DNA from: a virus
Taxonomy: Duplodnaviria > Heunggongvirae > Uroviricota > Caudoviricetes
Direction: 5' to 3' (one strand)
DNA length: 64,000 nt
Virus record (IMG/VR): IMGVR_UViG_3300042922_000323
Span: 60,977 to 124,976 of that record
Under the pieces are notes generated by a model, which saw only the letters and a program-made list of their open reading frames with translations, did no database searches and was not told where the DNA came from. Shown piece after piece: positions 38,974-47,623 of this stretch. Numbering within the stretch: position 1 is the first letter of the stretch; every line of letters starts with the position of its first letter. Position numbers and translations under genes: made by a program.

Positions 38974-39825
38974 ATGAACGTAAGAAATTTATTCGGAGTT
39001 GACACTATTGGTGCAATCAAAGGCAATCAGTTCAAGCCATCCATGATGGGTTTGGCAATCAAAAACGATGCAGGTGATTACGTAGTATTCGACCCTAAAA
39101 CCAACACAATAACCAATGTTGCTGACATGGTGTTTGATGGTTTTGATACCGTTTTTGCAATCCCAACACCTGTTGTTGCTGTAGGAGATTTGATTCTCCG
39201 TGGTAGCGAACCACTGTACATCAAGGCGATTAATGATGATGAATCAATCACCGTTATTAATCCTGTGAATGACAGACAGGAGAACTACTTACCACAGAAA
39301 ACCTTATTTGGTTTCCGTGTGTATGTAAAAGTGTTCTCATTGTTCGGTAGCATTATACCTACTGCTAACGGTGATGGAAACGTCAACGGTCTCAGTGGTA
39401 TGTTACCATTCCTGCTCATGAGCGGTGGACTTGGTGAAGGTGGAGATATGAAGGATATACTTCCACTGATGCTGTTCGGTAACCTTGGTGGTGGAAACAT
39501 ATTCGGTGGCACAACTGGGGATGAAAACAAAGACCAGGCAAACCTGATGAACACTCTGATGTTCATGACTCTCTTCAGTGAGAAGAAAGATAAGGGGGCT
39601 AAGTCTTTCACTAAGGCTGTTGATGTTAAAGCGGCTTCTGCCACTACTAAATCGGTAGTTGACAGAGAAACTTACGTGTCCAAGGTGAAGGCAAGGCTAC
39701 ACAGTCTTCCATCATCCAAGGAAGCCATTGTAAGAAAGGAAATTGATCGCAGAAAGAAAGCCAAAGGTCTTTCCGTTCTGAAATGGGAAGAAGTTGAAGA
39801 TGTAATGAATCTGCTCGGGGTCTAA
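38974..39825 (+). CDS. Paralog B (284 aa from MNVRNLFG…) of the same family, with a Lys-rich C-terminal extension.
   Basis: Alignment by eye with 38041-38802. I trimmed the start to an ATG with RBS AAGGAG. Confidence 0.55.
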   Translation: MNVRNLFGVDTIGAIKGNQFKPSMMGLAIKNDAGDYVVFDPKTNTITNVADMVFDGFDTVFAIPTPVVAVGDLILRGSEPLYIKAINDDESITVINPVNDRQENYLPQKTLFGFRVYVKVFSLFGSIIPTANGDGNVNGLSGMLPFLLMSGGLGEGGDMKDILPLMLFGNLGGGNIFGGTTGDENKDQANLMNTLMFMTLFSEKKDKGAKSFTKAVDVKAASATTKSVVDRETYVSKVKARLHSLPSSKEAIVRKEIDRRKKAKGLSVLKWEEVEDVMNLLGV

Positions 39826-39991
39826 TAAACCCTGGGCTATTCGCCCTTACCCAAATGAGGGTATTATGAAGAATATGGCTGTGATTGTGAATCTCTCAAC
39901 TGTTAGACGTTGTATAATCTCCATCGAGAGAGGAGGGTGTATATGAGAGTGACACCTGTAATAAGTGTTAATAGTGGGAGGTTGACTAATT

Positions 39992-40507
39992 ATGACCAGA
40001 AAAGGAAAGATACCACGGGCAGTCAAAAGGATTCAAAGAAGAAGGGTAAAGATAAAACAATCAATCCAAGCTTCCGAGCCTGTACCGATTCAACCCGTAA
40101 TGAAGGGTACAGAGTTTGAGTGGTTCAAACGTGATTCCTACGCCATTCGTGGTGAAGAAAAACTACTGAAATTCTTGAATCCATCAAAGAATGAAGAAAA
40201 TGCATGTAAGTTCATCAATTTGAAGTTTCATGATGGTGATGAATATACCATCAACCTGAGTAAAAGTAAAAAGAGCCTAGACTTCATATATTTTGAAAAT
40301 AAGCAAGATATGTCGGTTAGACTTTATTCCCCTTCAGGACACAGGATAATAGTAAATCTTGATTATGCAATAAATATAGACAGAGTATTCACTGTCTTAC
40401 AGCTTGAAGGGTTGTACGATAGAAAAGAATACGATACATTGTACGAAAAGTACATTGAACCACAAGGTAAAACAAGCGGTGTGGTTGCAAGTGCTTATAG
40501 TAGATAA
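39992..40507 (+). CDS. Hypothetical protein (171 aa) with a basic N-terminus.
   Basis: ORF track. RBS GGGAGG. Confidence 0.45.
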   Translation: MTRKGKIPRAVKRIQRRRVKIKQSIQASEPVPIQPVMKGTEFEWFKRDSYAIRGEEKLLKFLNPSKNEENACKFINLKFHDGDEYTINLSKSKKSLDFIYFENKQDMSVRLYSPSGHRIIVNLDYAINIDRVFTVLQLEGLYDRKEYDTLYEKYIEPQGKTSGVVASAYSR

Positions 40508-40598
40508 TTTAATGGAGGAACTTATATGTGTAAAGATTGTGTTGAAAGAGATAATTGTATCTCTTCCGAGTGTCCATTACATGTGATTGGAGGTGTTA

Positions 40599-41282
40599 AG
40601 AGTGTCAGAAGAGAAAAAAGAAACCACCGCCCCGTCAGGGTTTCTCGACATGAAGAAGATTCAAGAGATAGTCGAGGAAATAATAACAAAAGGGAGGTCG
40701 CTGTATAACAACGACCCAAAATGCTATACAAAAGGTCGTGGCGTTGATGATAACGCTTTTATGCATGAGCATTGCACAAGAAAAGCTATTGAGGAAATGA
40801 TAACTGAGAAGCTTGAAGGTGTGAGTGTGAATGATATTTTAGCGATACTGAGTTTCAGTATGCTCCACTACTACATCATAAAGGTTGAGCGTTGGGAACA
40901 CTTTCTGTACCCTGACAAAGACCGAGATAAAATTACCCTTCAACAAGCATTTAAGGGTAAGGTTACCGAAGAAGGTATACATGAGTTTGCTGAGCATGTA
41001 CTTTACTTCTGCTGTAGAATTTATTACTACGCTCTTGTAGAAAAGAAACGTATTGATAAAGAAAACAGGAAGAAAGAGGAGGAAAAGTTAAATAATACAG
41101 GTAGCAAATCTGCTACTACTGGTGTGCAATCAAGCACAGTGACATATACTTCTCGAAATTCAGGAAATTGGGTAAATGGAGCATGGCATCATCAAAGTTG
41201 CCAATGTGAAGCTTGTAAAGCTAAGAATAAGCCCGCCAGTGTCGGTTTCGGAAGTGGTGGACGTATGGTATACCCTCTTTAG
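40599..41282 (+). CDS. Hypothetical protein (about 228 aa).
   Basis: ORF track. I prefer a GTG start with RBS GGAGGTG. Confidence 0.4.
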   Translation, partial: RVSEEKKETTAPSGFLDMKKIQEIVEEIITKGRSLYNNDPKCYTKGRGVDDNAFMHEHCTRKAIEEMITEKLEGVSVNDILAILSFSMLHYYIIKVERWEHFLYPDKDRDKITLQQAFKGKVTEEGIHEFAEHVLYFCCRIYYYALVEKKRIDKENRKKEEEKLNNTGSKSATTGVQSSTVTYTSRNSGNWVNGAWHHQSCQCEACKAKNKPASVGFGSGGRMVYPL

Positions 41283-41348
41283 TTAATGCCCTTGATGGGC
41301 ATTATAGAACGTCTAACAGTTGATAGGGTAATGAAAGGGTGATACATA

Positions 41349-41723
41349 ATGCTGATTATCAAGTACAGTGAACGGGGAGACCCAGTACCTGACCATGAAT
41401 GTGAAGAACTTATAATGGATTCAACATTGAGTCCAATTGACTTCACTAGCCACCTCAACGTGTCTACAGAAAATGTAATTGAAGCCGCCAGAGCGTTGAT
41501 AGCGGAGGGTAAAATTACCCCAAGTAATGTAAAAATATTTATATTCGATACAGAGCTTGAAGTTAATGAGTATGGGGAAATGAAAAATCCTAAAATACTC
41601 CCTGACCATAGCCTACAGTGGATAAGACGAGTTGTTATGACAGGTATTGAGAGAAGGAAGAAACTAAGAGAGAAATCAAACGCTAGTGATAGCGATGATA
41701 ATAAAATAAGTGTTGAGGAGTGA
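41349..41723 (+). CDS. Hypothetical protein (124 aa).
   Basis: ORF track. RBS AGGGTG. Confidence 0.45.
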   Translation: MLIIKYSERGDPVPDHECEELIMDSTLSPIDFTSHLNVSTENVIEAARALIAEGKITPSNVKIFIFDTELEVNEYGEMKNPKILPDHSLQWIRRVVMTGIERRKKLREKSNASDSDDNKISVEE

Positions 41724-42352
41724 TGAACATGCCATTTACAGGTAACGTAAGACCAATAACAATTAAGAAAGGCATGACCTACATTAAGACTGCTACAAAG
41801 AGATTGGAAAGAATCATCAAGCAGTTGGAAGAGTATGGTGCGTGGGACAGTAAGAATAAGATACCATTGGTTAGTACTGACTATACTCTGGAAACAAACC
41901 ACAGTAAAGCAAAAGCAGAAGTAAAAGCTCTATTACAGAGTTTCTTCGACTTGACCGCTGAGATTGAACTTACCAGGGAAGCGATGGATAGAACAAACTT
42001 AACAGCTACAATCACTGTAGCAGGTAAGACAATGACCATCCAGAGAGCCTTAATCCTCAGAAGGATGACCGCTCCATTTTACAAATCATTAAGAACGGCT
42101 TACAACAAGACAGTTAAGGTGGCTACTTCAAAAGTAGAACAGTACAATGTTGGTGTTGTCGCCATGAATAAAGATGCAACACCCGAAGCTGTTGAAGCAC
42201 TTAAAGCACAGCTTGAAGTATTCATACCCCGTGACACTGTTGATAATGTTGAAAATTTCCTCGCAGAGTTCCTCCAAGAAGTTGATGGTGCTCTCGATGA
42301 TGTAAACGGTACACAATCACTCATTTGGGGTGATGATACCGCCATAGTATAA
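41723..42352 (+). CDS. Hypothetical protein (about 209 aa).
   Basis: ORF track. An ATG overlaps the upstream stop codon. Confidence 0.45.
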   Translation: MNMPFTGNVRPITIKKGMTYIKTATKRLERIIKQLEEYGAWDSKNKIPLVSTDYTLETNHSKAKAEVKALLQSFFDLTAEIELTREAMDRTNLTATITVAGKTMTIQRALILRRMTAPFYKSLRTAYNKTVKVATSKVEQYNVGVVAMNKDATPEAVEALKAQLEVFIPRDTVDNVENFLAEFLQEVDGALDDVNGTQSLIWGDDTAIV

Positions 42353-42488
42353 GAAATTAATCTTGCTTGCATATCGTAGTAAAGCTACGAGAAAGACCAA
42401 ACAGTGCCGTCAAAAGCACTCCAATGCTAATGGAGAAAACGAAGGCAGGTAAGCCGTACATCTGCGGGTGTATCGGGTGCTTGACGAT

Positions 42489-42569
42489 TCTGAGTGCTTA
42501 GTCCTCATGTGTTTATGTACTAGATGTGTTTAGTCCATAAGTGCTAGATGTGCTAAGTCCTCATGTGCT
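42489..42569. repeat. Three direct ~24-bp iteron-like repeats (AGATGTGYTWAGTCCWYAWGTGCT) with a 24-bp period.
   Basis: Read directly: …gagtgcttagtcctcatgtg… / agatgtgtttagtccataagtgct / agatgtgctaagtcctcatgtgct. They lie in a 350-bp intergenic region. Confidence 0.6.
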
Positions 42570-42699
42570 CCTTCAAATCCCTACTTTGACTTACTTTGTG
42601 GTTGGGTATTTACTCGCCATAATGACAGCATGGTTGCTGTGTAGTTTTGAGGGTAGGGCTGATATGCAAGCAAGTTTAATATATAACAGGAGGTTTGTT

Positions 42700-43140
42700 A
42701 TGTTATTAAACTTACATGTAACAAGATTTGACCGAAGCGTAATGTGTAAAATTGTGAAGCAAGATAAGAGTATCACCAGAACTTATGGTGAGGATATTAG
42801 AGTGCTTGCAGAACTGAGTGTAAATAGGTTCATAAAAGATATTAAATCCTGTGATGCTCCTGAAATCAAGAGTACTGCTAGAACATTATTTATTCGGGGT
42901 GAGGAAAAAGGTAAAGACAAACAACCTATGACTTACACAGCTTCCAGTATACCTGTAGCTGATGCGATATGTGAAGATATAGTCCGACTATGTGCTATGG
43001 TTAACGGCATGAGTCCAGAGAATATAAATGTAATCAGAACTGATACACTTGGTTCAACTTATGAAAGACAATTGAACGGTACAGGTGACCCCGATGTTGA
43101 AGGGGTTATAATATACACCTACGAGGAGGTGTTGAAATGA
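42700..43140 (+). CDS. Hypothetical protein (146 aa from MLLNLHV…).
   Basis: An internal Met with RBS AGGAGG. The ORF track start at 42541 would run through the iterons. Confidence 0.45.
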   Translation: MLLNLHVTRFDRSVMCKIVKQDKSITRTYGEDIRVLAELSVNRFIKDIKSCDAPEIKSTARTLFIRGEEKGKDKQPMTYTASSIPVADAICEDIVRLCAMVNGMSPENINVIRTDTLGSTYERQLNGTGDPDVEGVIIYTYEEVLK

Positions 43141-43541
43141 GATTGAAATTACTTGTTTTGAGACAGGATACGAAGGTGCTTATGAAGGTAGTACATCAGG
43201 AAGGTTATAATTATAACTTTCATCTTCCTTTGCAGAAATTTTTTACTCAATTAGAGTCATGCTCGTGTCCTGAATTAAATCGCCCTAAAGTGTTTGTACG
43301 GGGTGATGAAGGTGGTGAAGACAATAACATAGTGCCATCAGTATTTTATCGTCAGGAAGAAGCTGACCAAGCCGCTAAAGAAATTATAAATCTGTGTGCT
43401 AAAGCTAATGACATTACTGATTTTACTATTGATGTACGTCCTATATTTGCGAATCCTTATGAAGTTGCAATAAATGGAACATCTGAGAGTGATGGTGAAG
43501 TATTCGCTTACATTCTTGTTCCAACTGTAACTAGTATTTAA
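43137..43541 (+). CDS. Hypothetical protein (134 aa).
   Basis: ORF track. RBS GAGGAGGTG. Confidence 0.45.
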   Translation: MRLKLLVLRQDTKVLMKVVHQEGYNYNFHLPLQKFFTQLESCSCPELNRPKVFVRGDEGGEDNNIVPSVFYRQEEADQAAKEIINLCAKANDITDFTIDVRPIFANPYEVAINGTSESDGEVFAYILVPTVTSI

Positions 43542-43547
43542 TATATC

Positions 43548-43645
43548 GGAGGGGTAGCACAGTGGTTGTGCGTGGGCATGGAGGGTAAGAAACATTCGTT
43601 ACTAAGTGTCCCCCAAGATGTCAGTTCGAGTCTGACCTCGCTCCT
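43548..43645 (+). ncRNA. Aberrant tRNA-like sequence (~98 nt). The D-arm (TAGCACAGTGGTTGTGC) and T-arm (GTCAGTTCGAGTCTGAC) look canonical. The acceptor pairs only if one nucleotide bulges, and no clean anticodon arm is present.
   Basis: Folded by hand. It may be a degenerate or insert-containing tRNA. Confidence 0.3.
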
Positions 43646-43952
43646 AAATATAAATGTGGTGTGCCTAGCTTCTGAAAGCAGTCACATCACGTCACCCATC
43701 TTATCGTGGGCTACAGCGTCCAAACCTGTAGCCCACGTTGCTTCAAATCAATGCCAAGGTACATACCCAGTGCAATAATCAGTGGGTATCCCTCGTACCA
43801 TTGATGGAATAATTAGGTGTACCGAGGAACAGGCAAGGAGTTTAAGCCTGTAGTATAAACAAGATACACTGGATAAACGGTTGCAAACGTACAGCCTTGT
43901 GAAGGTATGTACCTTGTTCGGCGGGGATATACAACCAACCCCGCCATAGCAT

Positions 43953-44029
43953 GGGGGAATAGCCAAGTTAGGTAAGGCAATAGATTGCAAATCTATGATT
44001 CGGCAGTTCAAATCTGCCTTCTCCCTCCA
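43953..44029 (+). tRNA. tRNA-Cys (anticodon GCA).
   Basis: GGGGGAATAGCCAAGTTAGGTAAGGCAATAGATTGCAAATCTATGATTCGGCAGTTCAAATCTGCCTTCTCCCTCCA folds as a cloverleaf with anticodon loop TTGCAAA and an encoded CCA. It resembles Bacillus tRNA-Cys. Confidence 0.85.
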
Positions 44030-44159
44030 AATAGTATCACAGAACAAGAGCAGGTCGGCTAGTCACCGAATAGTACTAGACCTTAACGCTAGACGTGACA
44101 ATCTGGTGGACAATAGGACAAACCCTATAACTCTGTGATACTACACCTAAATTTTATAT

Positions 44160-44352
44160 GTGCCTGTAGCTCAGCGGATAGAGCACAGTTAAACAGGAGA
44201 CTGGTTGCAATACCTGAATTTTGCAGATGCACCGAAAGGCATGTAAAGCCGACGTTGGTGAAATTCCAACTGACTGAAACGTGTAGGGAAGCCTGTTTGT
44301 AGGGTATACGCTTACGAAAGGAGCGTCAGTTCAAATCTGACCAGGCACGCCA
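44160..44352 (+). ncRNA. tRNA-like gene with a ~115-nt intervening segment. It has a perfect 7-bp acceptor (GTGCCTG/CAGGCAC), a canonical D-arm at the 5' end, and a canonical T-arm plus GCCA at the 3' end.
   Basis: Read directly. The anticodon arm could not be placed by eye. It may be an intron-bearing or insertion-disrupted tRNA. Confidence 0.45.
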
Positions 44353-44567
44353 CCCCGTAAGGGGCATAAAAGTTACCTCCGTACATATACAGACAGGACT
44401 AAGAAATTAGTCCTGTGTTGACCTTATATACATGAACTTGTAGACGCTTGTGCACAGCTACGGAACAAGGCTATATGGATGACACCACAGGAGTCATGAC
44501 CTGGGTCATGTATCATGATAGTGTATATAAGGCGAACATAGGATTAATTTAGAAAGGTGGTGATATT

Positions 44568-44831
44568 GTGGATAATCAGGTTAAAGCCGGTGATTTTGTA
44601 AGTAGAAAACGCACGTCCGTCAGCCGTGAGGAATTTAGTAGGATACTGGAAAATTTCAAAAAAGAAGATGTTGATACCATGAAAGACATAAATAACCCTA
44701 TTTATGAATGGAAATGTATATACGCACAGGATAGTGATGAAAAGTATGGAAGAATCATGGTTAGTTACAATATGAAAGTATGGCGTAGGCAGACTATGGG
44801 TGAATTCTACGGTAGCAGTACTGTTGACTAG
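44568..44831 (+). CDS. Hypothetical protein (87 aa).
   Basis: ORF track. GTG start with RBS GGTGGTG. Confidence 0.4.
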   Translation: MDNQVKAGDFVSRKRTSVSREEFSRILENFKKEDVDTMKDINNPIYEWKCIYAQDSDEKYGRIMVSYNMKVWRRQTMGEFYGSSTVD

Positions 44832-44847
44832 AGGGGAGGTGAACTCA

Positions 44848-45057
44848 ATGCCTGAGAATACAGACTGCATTAAAGGCAGACCTTGTTTAATTGAAGATGT
44901 TCATTCAGGGCAGTCAGTAACTCGCACCTGTTGTTTCTTTTGTAATAAAAAGCAAACAGCGGCGGGGTTATGTCCATTTCATTGTCATGTTAGTGGCAAA
45001 GCAAGGAATAGTCTATGCAAAGAGAAGTTGGAAGAAAGGTATGGTGATATTGAATGA
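44848..45057 (+). CDS. Cys-rich small protein (69 aa from MPENTDC…).
   Basis: ORF track, trimmed. RBS GGGGAGGTG. Confidence 0.4.
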   Translation: MPENTDCIKGRPCLIEDVHSGQSVTRTCCFFCNKKQTAAGLCPFHCHVSGKARNSLCKEKLEERYGDIE

Positions 45058-45227
45058 GTGATGATAAGAAATTGTTCGAAGAAATCAAGAGACAGAATGA
45101 TGAAATCATTCGTAACCAAAATAAGATTTTGGAAAATCAGAAAAAGAATGAAAAAGACCCATTCGTTGAGATGCAGGAAGTATATTACAAGACACCGAGA
45201 AGTGGTTTAACATGAGGAGGTAATAGT

Positions 45228-45506
45228 ATGGACAAATTATTTATGGTTGTGGCGGTAGAGCCTAACAATATTGAAGTACCTTGTAGATTTTCTACAGAAG
45301 AAGAATCTTTGGAAACATTCCTAAAAGAACTATTTCCCGAATGTACTCTCATAGACAATAAGATGGCGTTATACGATTTACAAGATGATGACCCAAGATT
45401 CCATGAAGTATTTACAGGGTTCTACGGTGGTTGCGGTGCTCCTGGGAAGTTTATAATCAAACCTGTTGAGCTAGATACTAAGGTAGTACATTGGGATTTG
45501 GATTGA
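45228..45506 (+). CDS. Hypothetical protein (92 aa).
   Basis: ORF track. RBS GAGGAGG. Confidence 0.45.
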   Translation: MDKLFMVVAVEPNNIEVPCRFSTEEESLETFLKELFPECTLIDNKMALYDLQDDDPRFHEVFTGFYGGCGAPGKFIIKPVELDTKVVHWDLD

Positions 45507-45518
45507 GGAGGTAGAATT

Positions 45519-45977
45519 ATGTTAGCGTTTTGGATAGTATCGGGTGTTTTATACTACCTAATAGGTTGGATAGCATTTGTAGGAATGTATAAAAAACTAT
45601 ACCGTGAGGATTGGGAAACTGGTGCAGGGATAGCAACATTTTTTGCTTTATGGATTGTATGGTTTATAGCTTTATACGTAAGGCAGTATCTGGAAAATGA
45701 ACGCGAGAAAGCGGATACTTATGAAATAAAAGTGGATACAGCTAAAATATCTGATATGGAAGGTATAGTATTCAAGTACTCGCACTATATGGGTGGACAG
45801 TTTGCTTATTATAACTTCGCTACAGAGGGCTATGCAGGGTACATAAAAATAGATGTAAGAAAAGTGGACACTACAACCATAAAGAAGATAGTCAAACTAT
45901 TGACTGACTGGGGCGAAAAAGAAAAGGAAAAGAACGCATACATCAAGGCTTACTCAGATGTAAATAACAGGCTATAG
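45519..45977 (+). CDS. Membrane protein (152 aa, N-terminal TM helices).
   Basis: ORF track. RBS GAGGAGG. Confidence 0.45.
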   Translation: MLAFWIVSGVLYYLIGWIAFVGMYKKLYREDWETGAGIATFFALWIVWFIALYVRQYLENEREKADTYEIKVDTAKISDMEGIVFKYSHYMGGQFAYYNFATEGYAGYIKIDVRKVDTTTIKKIVKLLTDWGEKEKEKNAYIKAYSDVNNRL

Positions 45978-45996
45978 GAGGTATGTGCGATGTCAA

Positions 45997-46235
45997 ATGG
46001 AGATGTATACATATGCGGAAACACTGAAACACATGATTACATTGGGTATAAATCAGGATATGCAATGTTACCCGCAAATGTAATAGCGGGAACACAAGAA
46101 GTTATGCAAGGGATAAAAGAAAAGTTTTTTCAAAATAGCAATATGAAAGTGATGTTATACCCGCCAAACGATGAACATTTAAAACAGTATCCTTTATACA
46201 CGGTTAATAGTGTAGAGCATTATGAAAGGTTGTGA
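45997..46235 (+). CDS. Hypothetical protein (MSNGDVYICG…).
   Basis: ORF track, trimmed. RBS AGGAGG. Confidence 0.4.
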
Positions 46236-46611
46236 ATTGGTGAAAGCATCATATGATTTGTTGATAAAGTTTAAAGAGTTTGAAACTAAGCGTCAAGCCG
46301 CCAGTAAAGAGGTTGAAGAGTTTTGTACTGAGAAAATGATTGAGGTATCTAAGGGTTACACTCGTGGGGAGATTGAGAAATTTCGTATGTTATGTGATGT
46401 TATACTGTTACATAATGGTATTACTCCTAACGCAGTATTCTCAACAATAATCGGCAGTACTCTTACACCAGGATTTCTATTTATCTTCTTACAAACTCAC
46501 CTTATAAGGTTTATAGTAATCGCTGTTTTGAGTTTATTATTTCTGATTTTTGGTTTATCCTCAATGGTAACTGGCAAAATAGTCACAAAGAAGTATAATA
46601 AATTGATTTAA
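46222..46611 (+). CDS. Protein with a C-terminal TM segment (129 aa).
   Basis: ORF track. Confidence 0.4.
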   Translation: MKGCELVKASYDLLIKFKEFETKRQAASKEVEEFCTEKMIEVSKGYTRGEIEKFRMLCDVILLHNGITPNAVFSTIIGSTLTPGFLFIFLQTHLIRFIVIAVLSLLFLIFGLSSMVTGKIVTKKYNKLI

Positions 46612-46670
46612 CTACTGCAGTACCCCCACGTATAAGTACTATGTAAGATTATTTATACGAGGTGTTTATA

Positions 46671-47054
46671 GTGAAAGAAAGTACTATGACGAGGGGAAGG
46701 GTTGCTGTATATGTACCCGACCACCCGAAAGCTAACAACAGGGGTTACGTTTTGAGAGCCAGGTATGTTATGGAACAATACCTGGGAAGGTATTTAACTT
46801 CTGATGAAGAAGTCCACCATATTAATGGCAACAAGACCGATGACAGAATAGAGAACCTAGTAGTGCTATCTAAGTCTGACCACGCTAAACTTCATATAGA
46901 ACAGGGCGATTTTGGTACTGGTAAAAGGCTAGATATTACTAAGGTCATGGAACTAAGGCAGTTAGGATTTGGCTATAAGAAAATAGCTAAAGAGTTAGGT
47001 TACCCTGTGGCTTCTGTAAAATCAGCCGTAAGGAAGATAGAAAGAGCCGCATGA
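46671..47054 (+). CDS. HNH endonuclease with a C-terminal HTH (…EVHHINGNKTDDRIENLVVLSKSDHAKLH…).
   Basis: HNH motif read in the translation. GTG start with RBS GAGGTG. The ORF track starts at 46662. Confidence 0.7.
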   Translation: MKESTMTRGRVAVYVPDHPKANNRGYVLRARYVMEQYLGRYLTSDEEVHHINGNKTDDRIENLVVLSKSDHAKLHIEQGDFGTGKRLDITKVMELRQLGFGYKKIAKELGYPVASVKSAVRKIERAA

Positions 47055-47293
47055 TAATAAATTTCCAATATTTGGGGATGATTTTGGTATCGACGGGCTT
47101 ATGAAGTGTTGTTCTCGCCCGAAGTCGCCCGTGGCTTCGATAAAACGGGCACTAAATTAAACGCTAAAAACGTATTAAATGCAGTAAAAGGTTTCTTTGC
47201 TTCCCTCGTACCAACTCCCGCTTTTGCAGGAGCTTGTGCGTAAGCTAGAGCCTTTCAAAACACCACACCTGCTACGGGTAAGTGGTTGAGGTC

Positions 47294-47477
47294 GGAGATA
47301 CATAGTGATAGTTTCCTGCATCGTTAATGCAGGTGGTGGATGGCTACGTAAACCAATACGTGCCCCAGTTTCAGCAGGTTTGTCAAACCGCCCCGCCAGG
47401 GTTAAAAGGCTACGGCGTGAATAAAGAACAACAGGGATTAGGTTCGGACACGGGTTCAACTCCCGTCATCTCCACCA
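47294..47477 (+). ncRNA. Candidate structured ncRNA (~184 nt) with a tRNA-like 3' end (T-arm ACGGGTTCAACTCCCGT, acceptor CATCTCC, A, CCA) pairing with a 5' GGAGATA. A rho-independent terminator (47479-47511) follows.
   Basis: Read and folded by hand. The internal hairpins (CCTGCATCGTTAATGCAGG, GGTTTGTCAAACC) lie in a region with no convincing ORF. Confidence 0.4.
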
Positions 47478-47478
47478 T

Positions 47479-47511
47479 AAAAGGCAGGATTAAACTCCTG
47501 CCTTTTAATTT
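47479..47511 (+). terminator. Rho-independent terminator (ggcagg…cctgcc followed by a T-run).
   Basis: aaaaggcaggattaaactcctgccttttaattt. Confidence 0.6.
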
Positions 47512-47623
47512 GTGCCTATTTACCCTTGCAACGGACACCTTCCAGTGGGAGGTAAGAAGAGTAATAGGCATAAATTAAAGGGCAGAATGTCCTAAAAACA
47601 AAATGTATAAGGAGGTCACGCAT

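Noticed and set aside
42489-42569. Reading the direct repeats as a CRISPR array.
   Set aside because: There are only three units. The spacers (0-8 bp) are far too short. The units are not separated by unique spacers. Iterons fit better.
42541-42699. The ORF-track start at 42541 for the gene ending at 43140.
   Set aside because: The N-terminal 53 codons would be translated from the iteron repeats. An internal ATG at 42700 has a canonical AGGAGG RBS.
44160-44352. Reading the interrupted tRNA as carrying a self-splicing group I intron.
   Set aside because: The intervening segment is only about 115 nt, below the usual size of group I introns. I could not identify P7 or P3 core elements by eye. 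I left it as an unclassified intervening sequence.
47294-47477. Calling this element a tmRNA.
   Set aside because: About 184 nt is far shorter than known one-piece tmRNAs. I could find no plausible tag-peptide frame ending in hydrophobic residues plus a stop. I report it only as a tRNA-like ncRNA candidate.
47175-47578. ORF-track ORFs 47175-47459 (minus) and 47327-47578 (plus).
   Set aside because: They overlap each other on opposite strands. They lack RBSs and their composition is junk-like. They lie over a region that folds as a tRNA-like ncRNA with its own terminator. I treated them as spurious.
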